Shown here: one piece after another, positions 55,301 to 64,000 of the stretch
Numbering within the stretch: the first letter of the stretch is position 1
Layout of the letters: the number at the start of each line of letters is the position of its first letter
Origin: Nemertoderma westbladi
Taxonomy: Eukaryota > Animalia > Xenacoelomorpha
NCBI GenBank assembly: GCA_032718475.1
Contig: JAUCBJ010004934.1
Span: 62,001-126,000 of the forward strand
Length of the DNA: 64,000 nt
Reading direction: 5' to 3'
Notes under the pieces: generated by a model
What the model was told of the DNA's origin: nothing
The model's database searches: none
What the model saw: the letters and a program-made list of their open reading frames with translations, nothing else
Made by a program: the position numbers and the translations under genes

Positions 55301-56530
55301 TTGGGTACAGTCTAGAACTTTCATTATATTTGCTACTAAAAATAAAGTAACTATATCAACATAGTTTGGGTACAGTCTAGAACTTTCATTATATTTGCTA
55401 CTAAAAATAAAGTAACTATATCAACACAGTTTGGGTACAGTCTAGAACTTTCATTATATTTGCTACTAAAAATAAAGTAACTATATCAACACAGTTTGGG
55501 TACAGTCTAGAACTTTCATTATATTAGCTACTAAAAATAAAGTAACTATATCAACACAGTTTGGGTACAGTCTAGAACTTTCATTATATTTGCTACTAAA
55601 AATTACTGAGAGCGAGAATAACATTATATTTGCTACTAAAAATAAAGTAACTATATCAACATAGTTTGGGTACAGTGTAGAACTTTCATTATATTTGCTA
55701 CTAAAAATAAAGTAACTATATCAACATAGTTTGGGTACAGTCTAGAACTTTCATTATATTTGCTACTAAAAATAAAGTAACTATATCAACATAGTTTGGG
55801 TAGAGTCTAGAACTTTCATTATATTTGCTACTAAAAATAAAGTAACTATATCAACATAGTTTGGGTACAGTCTAGAACTTTCATTATATTTGCTACTAAA
55901 AATAAAGTAACTATATCAACATAGTTTGGGTACAGTCTAGAACTTTCATTATATTTGCTACTAAAAATAAAGTAACTATATCAACATAGTTTGGGTACAG
56001 TCTAGAACTTTCATTATATTTGCTACTAAAAATAAAGTAACTATATCAACATAGTTTGGGTACAGTCTAGAACTTTCATTATATTTGCTACTAAAAATAA
56101 AGTAACTATATCAACATAGTTTGGGTACAGTCTAGAACTTTCATTATATTTGCTACTAAAAATAAAGTAACTATATCAACATAGTTTGGGTACAGTCTAG
56201 AACTTTCATTATATTTGCTACTAAAAATAAAGTAACTATATCAACATAGTTTGGGTACAGTCTAGAACTTTCATTATATTTGCTACTAAAAATAAAGTAA
56301 CTATATCAACATAGTTTGGGTACAGTCTAGAACTTTCATTATATTTGCTACTAAAAATTACTGAGAGCGAGAATAACATTATATTTGCTACTAAAAATAA
56401 AGTAACTATATCAACATAGTTTGGGTACAGTCTAGAACTTTCATTATATTTGCTACTAAAAATAAAGTAACTATATCAACATAGTTTGGGTACAGTCTAG
56501 AACTTTCATTATATTTGCTACTAAAAATTA

Positions 56531-57570
56531 CTGAGAGCGAGAATAACATTATATTTGCTACTAAAAATAAAGTAACTATATCAACACAGTTTGGGTACAG
56601 TCTAGAACTTTCATTATATTAGCTACTAAAAATAAAGTAACTATATCAACATAGTTTGGGTACAGTCTAGAACTTTCATTATATTTGCTACTAAAAATAA
56701 AGTAACTATATCAACACAGTTTGGGTACAGTCTAGAACTTTCATTATATTTGCTACTAAAAATTACTGAGAGCGAGAATAACATTATATTTGCTACTAAA
56801 AATAAAGTAACTATATCAACACAGTTTGGGTACAGTCTAGAACTTTCATTATATTAGCTACTAAAAATAAAGTAACTATATCAACATAGTTTGGGTACAG
56901 TCTAGAACTTTCATTATATTTGCTACTAAAAATAAAGTAACTATATCAACACAGTTTGGGTACAGTCTAGAACTTTCATTATATTTGCTACTAAAAATTA
57001 CTGAGAGCGAGAATAACATTATATTTGCTACTAAAAATAAAGTAACTATATCAACACAGTTTGGGTACAGTCTAGAACTTTCATTATATTAGCTACTAAA
57101 AATAAAGTAACTATATCAACATAGTTTGGGTACAGTCTAGAACTTTCATTATATTTGCTACTAAAAATAAAGTAACTATATCAACATAGTTTGGGTACAG
57201 TCTAGAACTTTCATTATATTTGCTACTAAAAATTACTGAGAGCGAGAATAACATTATATTTGCTACTAAAAATAAAGTAACTATATCAACACAGTTTGGG
57301 TACAGTCTAGAACTTTCATTATATTAGCTACTAAAAATAAAGTAACTATATCAACATAGTTTGGGTACAGTCTAGAACTTTCATTATATTTGCTACTAAA
57401 AATAAAGTAACTATATCAACACAGTTTGGGTACAGTCTAGAACTTTCATTATATTTGCTACTAAAAATTACTGAGAGCGAGAATAACATTATATTTGCTA
57501 CTAAAAATAAAGTAACTATATCAACACAGTTTGGGTACAGTCTAGAACTTTCATTATATTAGCTACTAAA
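56531..57570. repeat. 235-bp higher-order repeat (AAAB) carrying the ATTAGC variant
   Basis: B markers at 56531, 56766, 57001, 57236, 57471, each followed by a TATTAGCTA core variant. Confidence 0.85.
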
Positions 57571-60500
57571 AATAAAGTAACTATATCAACATAGTTTGGG
57601 TACAGTCTAGAACTTTCATTATATTTGCTACTAAAAATTACTGAGAGCGAGAATAACATTATATTTGCTACTAAAAATAAAGTAACTATATCAACACAGT
57701 TTGGGTACAGTCTAGAACTTTCATTATATTTGCTACTAAAAATAAAGTAACTATATCAACATAGTTTGGGTACAGTCTAGAACTTTCATTATATTTGCTA
57801 CTAAAAATTACTGAGAGCGAGAATAACATTATATTTGCTACTAAAAATAAAGTAACTATATCAACACAGTTTGGGTACAGTCTAGAACTTTCATTATATT
57901 TGCTACTAAAAATTACTGAGAGCGAGAATAACATTATATTTGCTACTAAAAATAAAGTAACTATATCAACACAGTTTGGGTACAGTCTAGAACTTTCATT
58001 ATATTAGCTACTAAAAATAAAGTAACTATATCAACATAGTTTGGGTACAGTCTAGAACTTTCATTATATTTGCTACTAAAAATTACTGAGAGCGAGAATA
58101 ACATTATATTTGCTACTAAAAATAAAGTAACTATATCAACACAGTTTGGGTACAGTCTAGAACTTTCATTATATTTGCTACTAAAAATAAAGTAACTATA
58201 TCAACATAGTTTGGGTACAGTCTAGAACTTTCATTATATTTGCTACTAAAAATAAAGTAACTATATCAACATAGTTTGGGTACAGTCTAGAACTTTCATT
58301 ATATTTGCTACTAAAAATAAAGTAACTATATCAACATAGTTTGGGTAGAGTCTAGAACTTTCATTATATTTGCTACTAAAAATAAAGTAACTATATCAAC
58401 ATAGTTTGGGTACAGTCTAGAACTTTCATTATATTTGCTACTAAAAATAAAGTAACTATATCAACATAGTTTGGGTACAGTCTAGAACTTTCATTATATT
58501 TGCTACTAAAAATTACTGAGAGCGAGAATAACATTATATTTGCTACTAAAAATAAAGTAACTATATCAACACAGTTTGGGTACAGTCTAGAACTTTCATT
58601 ATATTTGCTACTAAAAATAAAGTAACTATATCAACACAGTTTGGGTACAGTCTAGAACTTTCATTATATTTGCTACTAAAAATAAAGTAACTATATCAAC
58701 ATAGTTTGGGTACAGTCTAGAACTTTCATTATATTTGCTACTAAAAATAAAGTAACTATATCAACATAGTTTGGGTACAGTCTAGAACTTTCATTATATT
58801 TGCTACTAAAAATAAAGTAACTATATCAACATAGTTTGGGTACAGTCTAGAACTTTCATTATATTTGCTACTAAAAATAAAGTAACTATATCAACACAGT
58901 TTGGGTACAGTCTAGAACTTTCATTATATTTGCTACTAAAAATAAAGTAACTATATCAACATAGTTTGGGTACAGTCTAGAACTTTCATTATATTTGCTA
59001 CTAAAAATAAAGTAACTATATCAACACAGTTTGGGTACAGTCTAGAACTTTCATTATATTTGCTACTAAAAATAAAGTAACTATATCAACATAGTTTGGG
59101 TACAGTCTAGAACTTTCATTATATTTGCTACTAAAAATTACTGAGAGCGAGAATAACATTATATTTGCTACTAAAAATAAAGTAACTATATCAACACAGT
59201 TTGGGTACAGTCTAGAACTTTCATTATATTTGCTACTAAAAATAAAGTAACTATATCAACATAGTTTGGGTACAGTCTAGAACTTTCATTATATTTGCTA
59301 CTAAAAATAAAGTAACTATATCAACACAGTTTGGGTACAGTCTAGAACTTTCATTATATTTGCTACTAAAAATTACTGAGAGCGAGAATAACATTATATT
59401 TGCTACTAAAAATAAAGTAACTATATCAACATAGTTTGGGTACAGTCTAGAACTTTCATTATATTTGCTACTAAAAATAAAGTAACTATATCAACATAGT
59501 TTGGGTACAGTCTAGAACTTTCATTATATTTGCTACTAAAAATAAAGTAACTATATCAACATAGTTTGGGTACAGTCTAGAACTTTCATTATATTTGCTA
59601 CTAAAAATAAAGTAACTATATCAACACAGTTTGGGTACAGTCTAGAACTTTCATTATATTTGCTACTAAAAATAAAGTAACTATATCAACATAGTTTGGG
59701 TACAGTCTAGAACTTTCATTATATTTGCTACTAAAAATAAAGTAACTATATCAACACAGTTTGGGTACAGTCTAGAACTTTCATTATATTTGCTACTAAA
59801 AATAAAGTAACTATATCAACATAGTTTGGGTACAGTCTAGAACTTTCATTATATTTGCTACTAAAAATTACTGAGAGCGAGAATAACATTATATTTGCTA
59901 CTAAAAATAAAGTAACTATATCAACACAGTTTGGGTACAGTCTAGAACTTTCATTATATTTGCTACTAAAAATAAAGTAACTATATCAACATAGTTTGGG
60001 TACAGTCTAGAACTTTCATTATATTTGCTACTAAAAATAAAGTAACTATATCAACACAGTTTGGGTACAGTCTAGAACTTTCATTATATTTGCTACTAAA
60101 AATTACTGAGAGCGAGAATAACATTATATTTGCTACTAAAAATAAAGTAACTATATCAACATAGTTTGGGTACAGTCTAGAACTTTCATTATATTTGCTA
60201 CTAAAAATAAAGTAACTATATCAACACAGTTTGGGTACAGTCTAGAACTTTCATTATATTTGCTACTAAAAATAAAGTAACTATATCAACATAGTTTGGG
60301 TACAGTCTAGAACTTTCATTATATTTGCTACTAAAAATAAAGTAACTATATCAACATAGTTTGGGTACAGTCTAGAACTTTCATTATATTTGCTACTAAA
60401 AATAAAGTAACTATATCAACATAGTTTGGGTAGAGTCTAGAACTTTCATTATATTTGCTACTAAAAATAAAGTAACTATATCAACATAGTTTGGGTACAG

Positions 60501-63500
60501 TCTAGAACTTTCATTATATTTGCTACTAAAAATAAAGTAACTATATCAACACAGTTTGGGTACAGTCTAGAACTTTCATTATATTTGCTACTAAAAATAA
60601 AGTAACTATATCAACACAGTTTGGGTACAGTCTAGAACTTTCATTATATTTGCTACTAAAAATTACTGAGAGCGAGAATAACATTATATTTGCTACTAAA
60701 AATAAAGTAACTATATCAACACAGTTTGGGTACAGTCTAGAACTTTCATTATATTTGCTACTAAAAATAAAGTAACTATATCAACACAGTTTGGGTACAG
60801 TCTAGAACTTTCATTATATTTGCTACTAAAAATAAAGTAACTATATCAACACAGTTTGGGTACAGTCTAGAACTTTCATTATATTTGCTACTAAAAATAA
60901 AGTAACTATATCAACACAGTTTGGGTACAGTCTAGAACTTTCATTATATTTGCTACTAAAAATTACTGAGAGCGAGAATAACATTATATTTGCTACTAAA
61001 AATAAAGTAACTATATCAACATAGTTTGGGTACAGTCTATAACTTTCATTATATTTGCTACTAAAAATAAAGTAACTATATCAACATAGTTTGGGTACAG
61101 TCTAGAACTTTCATTATATTTGCTACTAAAAATAAAGTAACTATATCAACACAGTTTGGGTACAGTCTAGAACTTTCATTATATTTGCTACTAAAAATTA
61201 CTGAGAGCGAGAATAACATTATATTTGCTACTAAAAATAAAGTAACTATATCAACACAGTTTGGGTACAGTCTAGAACTTTCATTATATTTGCTACTAAA
61301 AATAAAGTAACTATATCAACACAGTTTGGGTACAGTCTAGAACTTTCATTATATTTGCTACTAAAAATAAAGTAACTATATCAACATAGTTTGGGTACAG
61401 TCTAGAACTTTCATTATATTTGCTACTAAAAATTACTGAGAGCGAGAATAACATTATATTTGCTACTAAAAATAAAGTAACTATATCAACATAGTTTGGG
61501 TACAGTCTAGAACTTTCATTATATTTGCTACTAAAAATTACTGAGAGCGAGAATAACATTATATTTGCTACTAAAAATAAAGTAACTATATCAACACAGT
61601 TTGGGTACAGTCTAGAACTTTCATTATATTTGCTACTAAAAATAAAGTAACTATATCAACACAGTTTGGGTACAGTCTAGAACTTTCATTATATTTGCTA
61701 CTAAAAATAAAGTAACTATATCAACATAGTTTGGGTACAGTCTAGAACTTTCATTATATTTGCTACTAAAAATAAAGTAACTATATCAACATAGTTTGGG
61801 TACAGTCTAGAACTTTCATTATATTTGCTACTAAAAATTACTGAGAGCGAGAATAACATTATATTTGCTACTAAAAATAAAGTAACTATATCAACATAGT
61901 TTGGGTACAGTCTAGAACTTTCATTATATTTGCTACTAAAAATAAAGTAACTATATCAACATAGTTTGGGTACAGTCTAGAACTTTCATTATATTTGCTA
62001 CTAAAAATAAAGTAACTATATCAACATAGTTTGGGTACAGTCTAGAACTTTCATTATATTTGCTACTAAAAATAAAGTAACTATATCAACATAGTTTGGG
62101 TACAGTCTAGAACTTTCATTATATTTGCTACTAAAAATAAAGTAACTATATCAACATAGTTTGGGTACAGTCTAGAACTTTCATTATATTTGCTACTAAA
62201 AATAAAGTAACTATATCAACACAGTTTGGGTACAGTCTAGAACTTTCATTATATTTGCTACTAAAAATTACTGAGAGGAGAATAACATTATATTTGCTAC
62301 TAAAAATAAAGTAACTATATCAACACAGTTTGGGTACAGTCTAGAACTTTCATTATATTTGCTACTAAAAATAAAGTAACTATATCAACACAGTTTGGGT
62401 ACAGTCTATAACTTTCATTATATTTGCTACTAAAAATAAAGTAACTATATCAACATAGTTTGGGTACAGTCTAGAACTTTCATTATATTTGCTACTAAAA
62501 ATTACTGAGAGCGAGAATAACATTATATTTGCTACTAAAAATAAAGTAACTATATCAACATAGTTTGGGTACAGTCTAGAACTTTCATTATATTTGCTAC
62601 TAAAAATTACTGAGAGCGAGAATAACATTATATTTGCTACTAAAAATAAAGTAACTATATCAACATAGTTTGGGTACAGTCTAGAACTTTCATTATATTT
62701 GCTACTAAAAATTACTGAGAGCGAGAATAACATTATATTTGCTACTAAAAATAAAGTAACTATATCAACACAGTTTGGGTACAGTCTAGAACTTTCATTA
62801 TATTTGCTACTAAAAATAAAGTAACTATATCAACACAGTTTGGGTACAGTCTAGAACTTTCATTATATTTGCTACTAAAAATTACTGAGAGCGAGAATAA
62901 CATTATATTTGCTACTAAAAATAAAGTAACTATATCAACACAGTTTGGATACAGTCTAGAACTTTCATTATATTTGCTACTAAAAATTACTGAGAGCGAG
63001 AATAACATTATATTTGCTACTAAAAATAAAGTAACTATATCAACACAGTTTGGGTACAGTCTAGAACTTTCATTATATTTGCTACTAAAAATAAAGTAAC
63101 TATATCAACACAGTTTGGGTACAGTCTAGAACTTTCATTATATTTGCTACTAAAAATTACTGAGAGCGAGAATAACATTATATTTGCTACTAAAAATAAA
63201 GTAACTATATCAACACAGTTTGGATACAGTCTAGAACTTTCATTATATTTGCTACTAAAAATAAAGTAACTATATCAACATAGTTTGGATACAGTCTAGA
63301 ACTTTCATTATATTTGCTACTAAAAATAAAGTAACTATATCAACATAGTTTGGATACAGTCTAGAACTTTCATTATATTTGCTACTAAAAATAAAGTAAC
63401 TATATCAACATAGTTTGGGTACAGTCTAGAACTTTCATTATATTTGCTATTAAAAATTACTGAGAGCGAGAATAACATTATATTTGCTACTAAAAATAAA

Positions 63501-64000
63501 GTAACTATATCAACATAGTTTGGGTACAGTCTAGAACTTTCATTATATTTGCTACTAAAAATTACTGAGAGCGAGAATAACATTATATTTGCTACTAAAA
63601 ATAAAGTAACTATATCAACACAGTTTGGGTACAGTCTAGAACTTTCATTATATTTGCTACTAAAAATTACTGAGAGCGAGAATAACATTATATTTGCTAC
63701 TAAAAATAAAGTAACTATATCAACACAGTTTGGGTACAGTCTAGAACTTTCATTATATTTGCTATTAAAAATTACTGAGAGCGAGAATAACATTATATTT
63801 GCTACTAAAAATAAAGTAACTATATCAACATAGTTTGGGTACAGTCTAGAACTTTCATTATATTTGCTACTAAAAATTACTGAGAGCGAGAATAACATTA
63901 TATTTGCTACTAAAAATAAAGTAACTATATCAACACAGTTTGGATACAGTCTAGAACTTTCATTATATTTGCTACTAAAAATAAAGTAACTATATCAACA

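Larger units (their letters stand above)
3369..64000. repeat. Satellite array, right segment: same A (65 bp) and B (40 bp) units, single orientation, continues beyond window end
   Basis: Uninterrupted units differing from consensus by only a few substitutions; no inversion or foreign DNA seen. Confidence 0.99.

Noticed and set aside
1151-63898. The many MLFSLSVIF... and MLLKITESE... ORFs as protein-coding genes
   Set aside because: They appear wherever AB units are consecutive because 105 is divisible by 3. They end at the next AA junction or stop allele, overlap on both strands and have no recognisable domain.
1-64000. CRISPR-like array (22-bp constant core plus intervening sequences)
   Set aside because: Only two spacer types (43 and 18 bp) are repeated throughout; there are no unique spacers, leader or cas genes.
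1-64000. A/B and C/T order as an information-bearing code or synthetic construct
   Set aside because: Local clustering of variants, nested duplications and a natural transposon insertion fit ordinary satellite turnover; no decoding machinery or design signature is visible.

Overview
This window is almost entirely one head-to-tail, AT-rich (~28% GC) satellite array that runs off both ends and is most likely eukaryotic. It is built from two modules sharing a 22-bp core (CATTATATTTGCTACTAAAAAT): unit A (65 bp = core + 43 bp) and unit B (40 bp = core + 18 bp). These are mixed as A(n)B, with local higher-order periods of 105, 130, 170, 235 and 260 bp and spatially clustered variants. The only non-satellite DNA is a 504-bp insertion at about 2865-3368. 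It has a terminal hairpin, 65-bp subterminal inverted repeats, two diverged ~145-bp internal repeats (each starting with a CTCF-like motif) and an (ACG)n microsatellite, an architecture resembling DINE-1/HINE-type non-autonomous Helentrons or pearl-like MITEs. No credible protein-coding gene, RNA gene or CRISPR array is present; the ORF track reflects translation of the 105-bp A+B period. I found no firm evidence of a new biological system. All counts and coordinates were read by eye.
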